From Octopus sinensis (Eukaryota): a stretch of 64,000 bases of DNA. The position numbers and the translations under genes were made by a program. The DNA lies in contig NC_042998.1 of assembly GCF_006345805.1 (NCBI RefSeq), positions 5,394,001 to 5,458,000 of the forward strand, written 5' to 3'. The notes under the pieces were generated by a model. That model was not told the origin of the DNA. It saw nothing but the letters and a program-made list of their open reading frames with translations, and did not search any database. Below, piece by piece: positions 39,344 to 51,684 of this stretch. Within the stretch, counting starts at the first letter, position 1, and each line of letters begins with the position of its first letter.

Positions 39344-40180
39344 ATATTGGTCACAAAGGCACAAAGTCAGCAGTTTCAGGGTGGGGGAGAAGTTGATCAC
39401 ATCGACTCCAGTGTTTAGCTGGTATTTATTTTATCGATCCTGACGGAATGAAAGGTACAGTCGACCCCGGCAGCATTTGAACTCAGAACATGAAGTCGGA
39501 GAAAATGCTGGGAAGCATTTTTCTCCGGTGCGGTAACGATTCTTATTTCTTTATTGCCCACAAGGGGCTAAACATAAAGGGGACAAACAAGGACAGAAAA
39601 TCGGATTAAGTCGATTACATCGATCCCAGTGCGCAATTAGTAGTTAATTTATCGACCCCGAAAGGATGAAAAGCAAAGTCGACCTCGGTGGAATGGAACT
39701 CAGAACGTAACGGCAGACGAAATACCTATTACTTTACTACACACAAGGGGCTAAACACAGAGAGAACAAACAAGGACAGACAAAGGGATTAAGTCGATTA
39801 TATCGACCCCAATACGTAACTGGTACTTACTTTATCGACCCCGAAAGGATGAAAGGCAAATTCAACCTCGGTGGAATTTGAACTCAGAACGTAACGGCAG
39901 ATGAAATACCACTAAGCATTTCGCCCGACGTGCTAAAGTTTCTGCCAGCTTGCTGCCTTATATTGGTCACAAATTCTGGCACAAAGCCAGCAGTTTCAGG
40001 GTAGGGGATAAGTTGATCACATCGACTCCAGTGTTTAGCTGGTATTTATTTTATGGACCCTGACGGAATGAAGGGTACAGTCGACACCGGCAGCATTTGA
40101 ACTCAGAACATGAAGTCGGAGAAAATGCTGGGAAGCATTTTTTCCCCGGTGCGGTAACGATTCTGCCCACTCGTCGCCTT
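39344..40180 (-). mobile_element. Young family A 1.7-mer (39544-39959) inserted in an old family A SINE with ~200-bp flanking duplication
   Basis: 39344-39543 repeats at 39960-40164. The old head is completed at 40165-40180. Confidence 0.88.
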
Positions 40181-40305
40181 AACGGAAGAATACACGTTAG
40201 AGATATGCTCACTAAAGAATTACCGCTATTCCTTTTCCAATTCCAATATTATCGTTTGTGATTCAAATATTTTTACCATTTTTTTGCCACTCTCATTCTC
40301 CTTTA

Positions 40306-40360
<55 letters not shown>

Positions 40361-40802
40361 ACTCTCTCATCTCCACCAATAAATCGTACTAAATATGTTA
40401 GGATTAAATGCATCGGAAAGAAGACGTTTTAAAACTATATCAACACAGGGCGAAGTATCAGTAGAAATGCGAGGCCTCCTGCAGGTTATTAGTTACATAT
40501 TTGTACTTAAGAATGAGAATGCGTGAAGATACACAACATATCGCAGTTTTATGCGCTCGCATATGCACAGACAGATACATACATATACACACATATATAC
40601 ATAAATAGACAGCTACATGCATACCTACACACACACACACATAGACATATGCACACATGCATATATACATTTATACATACAACTCACACATATTTATTTC
40701 TCTACCTACAGATACTGATATATATATATATATATTAGAAGAAATGAGGTACTCAGAAAATCGGATGGTTTATATTTACAGATATTTATTTGTATATTAC
40801 AT

Positions 40803-40953
40803 TTTTTATATATATATATATCATATCACTTAGATCATTAGCGCTTTCTCCCATTCTAGTGGGGTTTTCAAATCAAACTGTTTGATTTGAAAACCCCACT
40901 AGAATGGGAGAAAGCGCTAATAATCTAAGTGATATGATATATATATATAAAAC
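40803..40953. repeat. Near-perfect palindrome (~75-bp arms, 1-nt spacer) bounded by (TA)n
   Basis: Axis TCAAAC-T-GTTTGA at 40879. One mismatch in the unique part. Confidence 0.95.
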
Positions 40954-41183
40954 TCTTTTAGTCTTTTACTCTTTTACTTGTTTCAGTCATTTGACTGCGG
41001 CCATGCTGGAGCACCGCCTTTAATCGAGCAACTCGACCCCGGGACTTATCCTTTTGTAAGCCCAGTACTTATTCTATCGGTCTCTTTTGCCGAACCGCTA
41101 AGTAACGGGGATATAAACACACCAGCATCGGTTGTCAAGCAATGCTAGGGGGACAAACACAGACACGCACACACACACACACG

Positions 41184-41218
<35 letters not shown>

Positions 41219-41390
41219 TATATATACGACGGGATTCTTTCAGTTTCCGTCTACCAAATCCAATCACAAGGCTTTGGTCGGTCCGAGGCTATAGTAGAAG
41301 ACACTTTCCCAAGGTGCCACGTAGTGGGACTGAACCCGGAACCATGTGGTTGGTAAACAAGCTACTTACCACACAGCCATTCCTGCGCCT
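40953..41390 (-). mobile_element. SINE family B, full length
   Basis: Reverse complement of the 24724-25180 architecture. Confidence 0.88.
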
Positions 41391-41604
41391 AAGTTACGAT
41401 CGTTTCGATAACTTGTAGGGTTTTTACATCAATCAACGTTACATTAAAAATTTTTAAATATATGATCTGAATATGCTCTGTATATAATTTTGTATGGATG
41501 CTCCACATTGTTTATGATGTAACAAACGAAATACTCGTAAATGATTAATACATATAAAGGGCAAAGATCCCCTTCGGTCACGAATGACCATGGGATTGAA
41601 CCAA

Positions 41605-41634
<30 letters not shown>

Positions 41635-41635
<1 letters not shown>

Positions 41636-41746
41636 TGGCCTGCTCGCTTAGCCAGCGGGGTGACGTCATTCGAAGGCTAAAACAATGCGAACGCATTGTG
41701 ACCAGCGATGTGTAACAACATCTGATGGTCTGGTCGGTCACGTGAT

Positions 41747-41754
<8 letters not shown>
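41635..41754 (+). mobile_element. Short element fragment in (TA)n ending in TCACGTGA repeats (probable SINE/LINE 3' end)
   Basis: GC-richer 120-bp island ending GGTCACGTGATCACGTGA with TA tracts on both sides. Confidence 0.45.
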
Positions 41755-41822
<68 letters not shown>

Positions 41823-42819
41823 ATATATATGTATATACATACATATACATATACATATATATATATCGTCGTAGGCAACCTCTGGTATCCGAGTAGTTAA
41901 TCTGTATCGAGTGATTCAGTGTCTTTATCCTGATAGAATACCTGTGTGTGAGTGTGTATATATATATATGTTTGTGTGTGTATTTGTGTGTGTGTATATA
42001 TATGTGTGTATGTGTGTGTATGTATGTATGTATGTATGTGTGTCAATGTATGTATGTATATGTATACCTACACGGTCGATGATGTGAGGGACGCATATGC
42101 TCACATGATTTCAGTTAGAAAATAACAACACACACATACACGCACACATGCTGGCATACGCAAACATCATACTCGCACACAGAAACAAAAACACGCATGT
42201 ATTCTTCACATTCTCAAACACACATCACGTGTACACATATGAAACGCACTTTAAGTACACAAACAGAGAAATACAAGCGTATTAAATAGAAAAACAAGGC
42301 CACTTCCGACACTTTCGTATATATGTTTTAATCTATCCTGAGATTTGTATATGGTGATGAGTAAATAACGTGTAAATTAGTAGACCTGTATCAAACAAGT
42401 CGCGTTTAAATAAATATTGACATAGGTTTTACAAATATTGGACAATTTTCTTTTTGTCCATTACTGTCGCTTTCTCTTATAATTTTTTTATTGTTCCTGA
42501 TGTAAAAATACGTGAGCATTTGTATGGTATATAGAACTGCATTTTATATGTTTGCATTTGTTGATCCACACAAAATGAATGTATATGTGGCCACGCCTCG
42601 ACCTAATCGTTAATATATATGTCGATGCAAATGTCGCTAATAGAAATGTCAAACACGCTAAGTAGTCATGCTAAAAAATAATTCTGATTTCTTTTTAAGG
42701 ACCAAAAGAAGGCCAAACCTCAAAACCTGTATATTATTATGTACTATATTATTTTCTTTTTCTAATGGGACGTTTTTGCAATGAACTCTCGCCACACACT
42801 CATGTTTGTATGTATGTAT

Positions 42820-43170
42820 GTGCTAACGTTTCTTATTTCTTTACTGTCCACAAGGAGCTAAACACAGAGGGGACAGACAAGGACAGACAAAGGGATTAAG
42901 TCGATTACATCGATCCCAAGTGCGTAACTGGTACTTAATTTATCGATCTCGAAATGATGAAAGGCAAAGTCGACCTCAGCGGAATTTGAACTCACAACGT
43001 AACGCCAGACGAAATACCGCTAAGCATTTCATCTGGGGTGCTAACGTTTCTGCCAGCTCGCCGCCTTCAAACGGCAGACGAAATACCGTTAAGTATTTCA
43101 CTCGGCGTGCAAATGATTTTTATTTCTTTATTGTCGACAAGGGGCTATACACAGAGCGGGAAAACAAGGA
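42820..43170 (-). mobile_element. Nested family A SINEs (full young copy 42834-43067 plus head and tail fragments)
   Basis: Young tails abut GCTAACGTTTCT (42833) and GCAAATGATTTT (~43120). Confidence 0.82.
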
Positions 43171-44794
43171 AAGCGTATGGCTTAGTACTTAGACCTTGGT
43201 TGGTCAAATGAACGTGATCCCACCAGTGCTTGGTGGGATCACGATCGTTAGGCCGGACGGACGTTGAATTTTCGGATCGAGTATCCTGTTGTGCATTTAG
43301 GTAAGGTACTTCACTTCGCGTTGTCTTTGTCTATCCAAATGGCAATTAGTGCCAGTGGAACCTAATAAGAAAATCTTGTGACGCCCTGACATCTTGTTCA
43401 AGGAAGACACTTTTACTTCAAGCTGCTTATAAATCGTTGAATCCAAGACAATTTCAAGCGTCATTCCAATAGGCCTATATGCTCAAAATAGACGTTAGCG
43501 TAACAGACAGACAGACAGACAGACTGGCAGACAGGCATCTATACACTTAGTAAATAAACCATACTGACATTCGAACATCGGTTGCTTGAATATAGCAGTG
43601 ATTTCAATACATTTCATATCAGCATTGTTGCTTAGCCTTTGTCAATCTTGATAGAGCAGACATTTAAACACAGTCATAGCAAATTGGCTCTTGTCATCGT
43701 TTTCTCTTTCAGATCCTACATCATCCGCTCTATTTATGGCAGTAGATGTAATCTGAAAATCATTTAGCTTCTAGCTACTATTTCTTGCAGTTTCGATGAC
43801 CAATTGTATTTAGAATTTTTCTCAATCAGTTTTGGTGGTGTTGTTCAACTTTATGTTATTATTTAAAACATCTTCAGAGTTACACTTATTATATACATCA
43901 CTTTTTAAGTGATCCTCTATTTATCAAGAATCGTTAAAGAGCTTAGAGCTTTTTGATTCTGAAAGTGTAGCTTGCTTACACATTCCTCGGGTGAATTACG
44001 TCACCAATGGAAATTTCATCAACAAATGTCTGAAATATTTTAACATTCTCCCTAGAATAGTCGATTCATACTATTTTTGTATCATGCACGAGAAAGGTAC
44101 GTGAACAGCAAAGGTGTCTTGGTTGAATCAGCCTTCAATTTCATAATTAAATTTCTGTATATATGTCAAAATATGCGTAAACATGTCATATCTGTTAATT
44201 CAGTTGCGCAGGTAATCGTTCTTTATGATGCATTTATTCTTGGTGCTTTAGCCAATTGCGATTGAAGATCTATCAGCTTGTTCTGTATGAGATATGTACA
44301 CCATGCAAGTTGTAATGTTAATGAAAAAGAGATACCACGTAGATACGTAGTAGCATTTTTAGAATATCACAGTTCTGTTTAATACAGATCGATTTCTCTT
44401 CAAAATATTAACAAATTTTCTCTTTGCTTGTTATAATGATTTTGGAAATGCAGAAAGAGATCCAACAGATTCTTTCAAATTTCACCTCGCAATCACATTA
44501 CCAAAATGTCCCTAAGGGTTTTTGATTTTTTGTATCTAAGTCTTTCGATGAATCGAATAAGAAAATAATAATAATAAGTCTCATTTCAGAATACTTCTAG
44601 GTATTTAAATATTCATATATCATTTTTCTCTTTCACTTGAGCCTTTGACTGTAGTCTGTACTAATGGGATCATCAGCAGGCATTTAAAATAATAGGTAAA
44701 ATAATTTGTTAACTTCTTTTACATATAGAATAACTGTATAAATACGTTTTTTTTAAATATCATCTCCTTTTTAAAATGTTATTCATAAAGTGAG

Positions 44795-45123
44795 AATCAG
44801 TTTGAAAGTCTTGAACATACTGTTCACATTTTCTCAAATGATGTAGGTATGGAATTTGGGATTGAAAAGTGTACTATATTAGTAATGAAACGAGGAAAAC
44901 TTGAAGGAAACCAGGGATTTTAAACACCCTATACATAGGCAAACGATGGAATGTCCTGTAGCGCTTCTACATGACATTTGCCTCTTAGGGATAGTAAAGA
45001 TTATCAGAAGGGTTTTGAGCACTTGAAAGATTATTGAAAGGTTGCGGATATATAAGGTTATAGGTAGTAACCCGCTACCCACATAAATTTTACAAAGAAT
45101 AAGAACAAACCTCAGTCAAACCC
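44795..45123 (+). mobile_element. R4/Dong-like element, internally deleted
   Basis: FSNDVGMEFGIEKCTILVMKRGKL (RT region) joined to ICLLGIVKIIRRVLST* (C-terminus). The 3' end AGTCAAAC runs into (TAA/CAA)n. Confidence 0.78.
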
Positions 45124-45150
45124 AATAATAATAATAACAACAACAACAAC

Positions 45151-45181
<31 letters not shown>

Positions 45182-46283
45182 GTAATAATAATAATAATAA
45201 TAATAATGATAATAACAATAGCTATTGATTCTCTTCATATTTCCTTTCAGCTGCTGCCCAAATCATATTAAATCGATAGTAGCATTACACTATGATACCT
45301 CACACTACATTATAACTCAGAGAAGATATTTTCTGCAGGGTTTGTAGATGATTATGGATTACTCGTGTTAGGATCTTTCTCTAGTGGAAAGAAAGAGAAT
45401 ACTTCTCTCACTCTTCTTATGGAAAGGTAGATAGCAATATTGATCACATCACTAAGTTTCGAGGAAAAATAGTTTTTCTAGAATATATGATTGCTTAGTG
45501 ATTCTTAATTTGTAAGCCTCAGCTGTTGGATGAAGAGAATCTCTTTCTTTGAAACTATTCATTTGTGAAGCAGAGCTTATTATTTATTTCATAGAGTCAG
45601 AAGTTCACTAGAAATTTCCAATGTTTTCTTTAAAAGATAGCTCTTGAAAAATAGTGTTTTGGTTGGTAATATATCAAAAAATGTACGCTAGATTGTGTTG
45701 AGTTCATCTACACCAGCTGGCGGTTTTTGACCAAAATAATGCATGTTATCTGTCATTTAAGCTATAAATAATGTTCGTGAACTTTAACTTAAGGACCACT
45801 CTTTATCCAAGACCCATAACCTTGTTCGAGGCTTATATTCGATTATTTAATAGCAAAAGTTTGTAACAGAAACCGTGTAAATATTGAATGTATGAATATA
45901 GTGGACGACGGTAACTGTTTACACCATCTAATTATCTGGTCTATACTAAGTTTTAAAATTCAGCAAACACATTTAATCTACAATCAGATTAAGCGCTCTT
46001 ACTCTGAGTAGATCTTTGGTTCCTTTGGTAAACTGTAAAGGCGCTACTCACTTTGTATGAATGGGGAATACGATACATTAATAATTCTCATCATACCAAA
46101 TTGGGATTGTTTTAGTATAGATATGCATCATAGAAAATTGCATGCGATTCCAGTATTTATGTGTTAATTTTTATAAACGGTTGGAAATGAATGTTATAAA
46201 CTATTCTGTCTACAAAACATACCCGCATCGTTGGCTGCATCAGGACCGAAATATCCATCCGTATGGGACTTGTTTATGGTATA

Positions 46284-46679
46284 CTAGCAGTATCGCCCGG
46301 CGTTGCTCGGGTTTGTAAGGGAAATAAATATATAAGCATTTTTAGAGAGTTATAGCCAAAAAACAGCAGAAAATGCATTAAAATGGAAAAAAAATGATGG
46401 TATTTTTTTTTTAAATCGTTGACTCATCGTAGACATTTTTAGAGAGTTACTTCCCTTACATAATAGCAAAAACAAATGCATTAAAATGGAAAAAAATGAT
46501 GGTAATTTTTTTTTAAATCGTAGACTCATCATAGACGCGCGCTAATACCCAGAAGGGCTCGATATGAATCACGACTATAAGATACCCGAATTTGGTTAAA
46601 CTGCACCGCAAAATGTGGGAGTAGTTAGGAATCTAAATCGTAGGAGACAGACACACAACTTGACTTTTATATATAAAGA
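46284..46679 (-). mobile_element. Non-autonomous Helitron, copy 2
   Basis: Minus strand A|TC...hairpin CCCGAGCAACGCCGGG...CTAG|T: canonical termini and AT target. Confidence 0.88.
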
Positions 46680-47184
46680 TATGCATCATAGAAAATTGAA
46701 TGCGATTCTAGTATTTATGTGTTAATTTTTATAAACGGTTGGAAATGAATGTTATAAACTATTCTGTCTACAAAACATACCCGCATCTTTGGCTGCATCA
46801 GGACCGAAATATCCATCCGTATGGGACTTATTTATGTGCTGATTGAAATTTAACCTTTAATAAAGACCGGCTAATTGGGTAATCTGAACAGCCGATACCA
46901 CTATCGATCTTGATAGGTATAATAATTACACGTTTCCTGTTACTAAATCTTGTTATTAAATTGTCGATTATTAGCCTCAAAGAGGTTATTGGTGTCACCT
47001 GATGTTTTATAGAGGCCGCTTTGTCTAACTTACGTATTAATGATTACGAGGTAATATAATGAACAAGCTATAAGACTCGTCTATATAACACTTACTCGCG
47101 CTTCTTTCGCCTGTGTCAGTTAGCCACTGAGTTTAATCATAACCAATCAACGTAGTGAATCTGCTTAGGATAATTATCACTTTT

Positions 47185-47565
47185 GGTTGTGTGCTTAAAT
47201 GGTTTGCTTTGCAATCACGTGGTTTCGGGTTCAGTCTCACTGCTTGTCATCTTGGTTGCCTTTCTTCTGCAATAGCCCGAGGACAACAAATGTCATGAGT
47301 TGAATTTGGTTGAAAAGAAACTATGTGGAAGTGCATTGTATATATGTATGTGTGTGTGCACGCGTGCGTACATGTTTTTGTGTTTCTCCTATATCACTTG
47401 TGAACTGGTACTGGTTTATTTACGTCCACTTATCCCAGCGGCTTGGCAAAGCGACTGATAGAATTAGTAGACATTAAAAGAAAATAAGTACTAGGTCGGT
47501 TTGTTCGACTAAACCTTTCAAAGTGGTATCCTAGCATGGCCGCAATCAGACGATTGAAGCATGTA
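47185..47565 (+). mobile_element. SINE family B, old diverged copy
   Basis: CACGTGGTTTCGGGTTCAGTC ... AGCATGGCCGCA. Confidence 0.7.
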
Positions 47566-48281
47566 AATGTGTCATGGTTGCTGATAAGATATCTTAAAAT
47601 ACCCGGCAGAGCCTAACGTCGGAGTACTGGCAAGAAACATATTCTAAAATTAATTCTGAGAAAGTCACAATCACTTCATCATTATTTTCGACAGGTAAAC
47701 CCGTAAGGTCTTTCTCTAGAATATATTTCATAGCAGAACCAATCCTATAAAGTCGGTACGTATTTTCTTCTAATATTAAAATTTTTGATGTAACGCTGAT
47801 TGGTGTAAAAATCCTACCAGTTCCATCTTTTTCCTAGTTTCAGATGTTTCCCTTCACCATGAAGGCACATTTCAACTGAATATAGCGACGATGTTAATGT
47901 TCGAGTTATATTGCCTTAATGTCTACAGTACGTAGTTCTGTGTATCTAGCAATGTCTAGCGGCATTCTGATATTGTAAGAGCTGGTTTTAGAAGTTCTGT
48001 TATTCGTGTGCTTTTTATTCTTATAGTATCTTTTGTGACTGAGCTCTAACTATTACATTACATTACAATAGAACCCAGCACACTTTTCATCGACCTCGAA
48101 ATGATGAAAGATAATTTAACCTCACTGGTATTTCAAATCAAAACGTGAAGTTATACCACAATTTGTTTTATACTCTACCATTCGCTTACCACAGAGCGAT
48201 TGATCATCTCTAGGGTGTAAAATAAGGAAGTACAGGGTGGGCTAAAAGTCACGCACTGAAATAGATGACATTATTATTATT

Positions 48282-48771
48282 ATTCAGTAGTCTTATTTTT
48301 ATCACGTGCTTTCACTGCTCTACCGAGCGCAGTTCTGTATACCTTCAGTATGTGCTGTGGTTTGTTGTGGTGCTCTTATTTTTACTGTATTGAAAGTGTT
48401 TTACATAGGATCTGTGCGATTCCTAGTAGTGCTATTTTCTGTATGTTATATATACCTGTTAGTACTGGTGTTTTTATGTATTTGTAAGTATATTTTTTAA
48501 CACAACTAATGCACCTACTATGATAGGAATTGTTTGTTTTTAGACTCCACTTTCGAGTTGCCTCTATTTCCAGATATTTGCATTTTGAAAGTTTCTGTTT
48601 GTTTTAGAGAAGCATTGTCATCTGCTGGTATTGATACATCGATTAGAAAGCATTTTTTTTTTTTGCTGTCCTCTGAAAACTATATCAGGCCTATTAGCCT
48701 TAATTTCTCTATCTGTGTGAATTGCCATATCCCAAAGTATGGTTGCTTTCTCGTTTTCTGTGAACTTTTCT
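48282..48771 (-). mobile_element. R4/Dong-like 3' fragment
   Basis: ENEKATILWDMAIHTDREIKANRPDIV (RLE motif). Same 3' terminus CTACTGAAT as the 12302 copy. TAA-type tracts on both sides. Confidence 0.87.
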
Positions 48772-48785
48772 ATTATTATTATTAC

Positions 48786-48824
<39 letters not shown>

Positions 48825-48980
48825 CATCATCATTATTATTATTATTAACGGTTAAATAAGTACCAGTTGCGCACTGGGGTCGATGTGAACGACTTAATCC
48901 TTTCCCCTAAATTTGAAGCCTTGTGCTTCCAGGAGAAAGGAATATTGTTATCATTACAATTATTATTATTGTCATTTATT

Positions 48981-49380
48981 AAGGCGGCGAGCTGACAGAG
49001 TCGTAAGCACGCTGACCGAAATGCTTAGCGGTATTTCGTCTGCCGCTACGTTTTGAGTTCAAATTCCGCCGAGGTCGACTTTGCCTTTCATCCTTTCGGG
49101 GTCGATTAAATAAGTACCAGTTACGCACTGGGGTCGATATAATCGATTTAATCCGTTCGTTTGTCCTTGTTTGTCCCCTCTGTGTTTAGCCCCTTGTGGG
49201 AAGTAAAGAAATAGGTATTTCGCACATCGCTACGTTCTCAGTTCAAATTCCGCTGAGTTAGACTTTGCTTTTCATTCTTTCGGGATTGATAAATCAAGTA
49301 CCAGTGAAATACTGGGGGATATGTAATCGACTAGTTCCCTACCCCAAAAATTTCAGGTTTTGTGCCTCTATAGAAAGGGT
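48981..49380 (+). mobile_element. Chimeric family A SINE: young-tail unit followed by old-tail unit
   Basis: Junction AAAGAAATA|GGTATTTCG at 49212/49213. The second unit ends AAATTTCAGG...GAAAGGGTTATT. Confidence 0.85.
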
Positions 49381-49406
49381 TATTATTATCATCATCATCA
49401 TCATCA

Positions 49407-49470
<64 letters not shown>

Positions 49471-49479
49471 TATTATTAT

Positions 49480-50224
49480 ATGTTTGACTTTTGCTTTTCA
49501 TTTGCACAAGCTGGCTCCAAGTCTCACCCAGAGACCTCAAGAGACAACAAGTTGGAAGTTTATGTTGGGGTTATGCCTAGGGTGCCATATATTTGGTTTT
49601 GTACTTAGCGTTGCACTAGTGAATGCCTAAAAAAACCATACGAAAATTATGTTTGTTTTAAAACTTGAGATTACATAGAAAATATTTTGCGTAGGATATG
49701 AGCAGTTCCCATGAGCACTATCTTTTGAATTTCTGACATTTTGGGGTTTCCTGGTTTCTGAGTTAGGTAGCAATCAGCCCCTTTTGCTATCATTCCCAGG
49801 GCACCTATGACAACAGGTATTGTTTTAGTCTTCAGCTTCCACATTTTGCTGATTTCTATTTCCAGATCTTTATATTTGCTCAGTTTCTGGTAGGTCTTGA
49901 CAGATACGTTTATATCGATTGGGACAGTCATATCAATGAGGAGGCATGTTTTTTGTCTGAAGTCTTTTACTATGATGGCTGGCCTATTCGCGTCTATCTT
50001 TCTGTCAGTTTGAATGGTGAAGTTCCAGAGGAGTGAGATGTGGTCCTTTTCAAGCACTGGAGGTGGTTTGTGTTCCCACCAGTTTTTATCATGGGGCAAG
50101 TCCAGGCTTTTGCAAATTACCCAGTGAATATATTGTGCAGCTCTATCATGCCTGTTGAGATACTCTGTAGGCGCTAGAAGACTGCACTTGGAGACAACAT
50201 GATCAATGGTTTCATTTTGTTTTA

Positions 50225-50225
<1 letters not shown>
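49480..50225 (-). mobile_element. R4/Dong-like 3' fragment with open ~185-codon frame (part of CCHC knuckle, RHD, RLE domain) and 3' UTR
   Basis: ETIDHVVSKC...RHD...LLWNFTIQTDRKIDANRPAII...IDMTVP...KLSKYKDLE...PVVIGALG...VLMGTAHILRKIFSM* (49671-50225). The N-terminus of the listed ORF is a microsatellite artefact. Confidence 0.92.
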
Positions 50226-50290
<65 letters not shown>

Positions 50291-50334
50291 TATTATTATT
50301 ATTATCATTATTATTAATATTATTATTAATAAAA

Positions 50335-50436
50335 GGGCGGTGAGCTGGCAGAAACGCTAGCACGCTGGGCGAAATGCGTAGCCGTATTTCGTCTACCGTT
50401 ACGTTTTTCTTCTTCTTCTTCTTCTTATTATTATTA

Positions 50437-50475
<39 letters not shown>

Positions 50476-50498
50476 TATCATTATTATCATCATTATTA

Positions 50499-50579
<81 letters not shown>

Positions 50580-50779
50580 TATCATCAGGGCGGTGAGCAG
50601 GCAGAATCGTTGGCACGCTGGACGAAATGCTTAGCGGTATTTCGCCCGTCACTACGTTCTGAGTTCAAAATCAGCTGAGGTCGACTTTGCCTTTCATTCT
50701 TTCGGGATCGATAAGTTAGGTACAAATGAAACACTGGAGGCGATGCAAAATTTCAGGTCTTGTGCTTATAATAGAAAGG

Positions 50780-50780
<1 letters not shown>
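50335..50780 (+). mobile_element. Family A SINE head (50335-50405) and old-tail copy (50588-50780) within (ATT/ATC)n
   Basis: GGCGGTGAGC heads. The second copy ends GAAAGGATTATTATT. Confidence 0.8.
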
Positions 50781-50839
<59 letters not shown>

Positions 50840-51517
50840 TATTTATTTATTTTGTTCATCATGGACAAGTACATGATGAACAAAATGTGTATTCATCATT
50901 ATTTTATTGAATTTTTAAAAAAGTGAAGCATTCCTTTGACAATTCGGAAGACTATAGAACTTATCTTTCTTCCTTGTCTTCTGGACCACCCTGTGTATAT
51001 TAAGGTTTCGGTGTCGTTCTTGTCGTCAGGTAACTAACTTAATCTCACAAGATGCGTTCAAACAAAAGTATTTACATTGTAAACGGTTAATTTTAGTAAT
51101 CTAAAAAACAAAAGTTGCAGAACTGCGACGAAATATAAAGAAATTAAAGCGAATTAATTGTTTTTCTATATGTTTCCATTTCCACTGTTTTTAAATCTCT
51201 ATAATTTTAGCCTATTTTTGTCGAAATTCATGAAGTTTGCAGAACATTTTGAAAGTAAAGAATGTTTGCGTCACACACACATACACAGATAGCCACAGAC
51301 AAACGTATATGGCAGACAATACACTGCCAATGCTTGTCATATTTAATTGGATCCTGTCTAGAACTCAACAATGGTTCTTGCTTACCCATTGTCATTCTTG
51401 TTCTCATATGCGAAATGCCAAATCAAGTTCCAGATGTACACATGCGTACATATATATATATGTATGTATGTATATGTATATATATAGTAAAATATATATA
51501 GTATATATAGTAAAAAG

Positions 51518-51569
<52 letters not shown>

Positions 51570-51639
51570 ATATATATACATGTATACATATACAATACAT
51601 ATATATACATATACATATATATGAATGTATATATATATA

Positions 51640-51684
<45 letters not shown>

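Noticed and set aside
49671-50363. 230-aa ORF as a domesticated host gene
   Set aside because: The start and first ~45 residues come from a SINE head and TAA repeat. The rest is a truncated retrotransposon end followed by its own 3' UTR.
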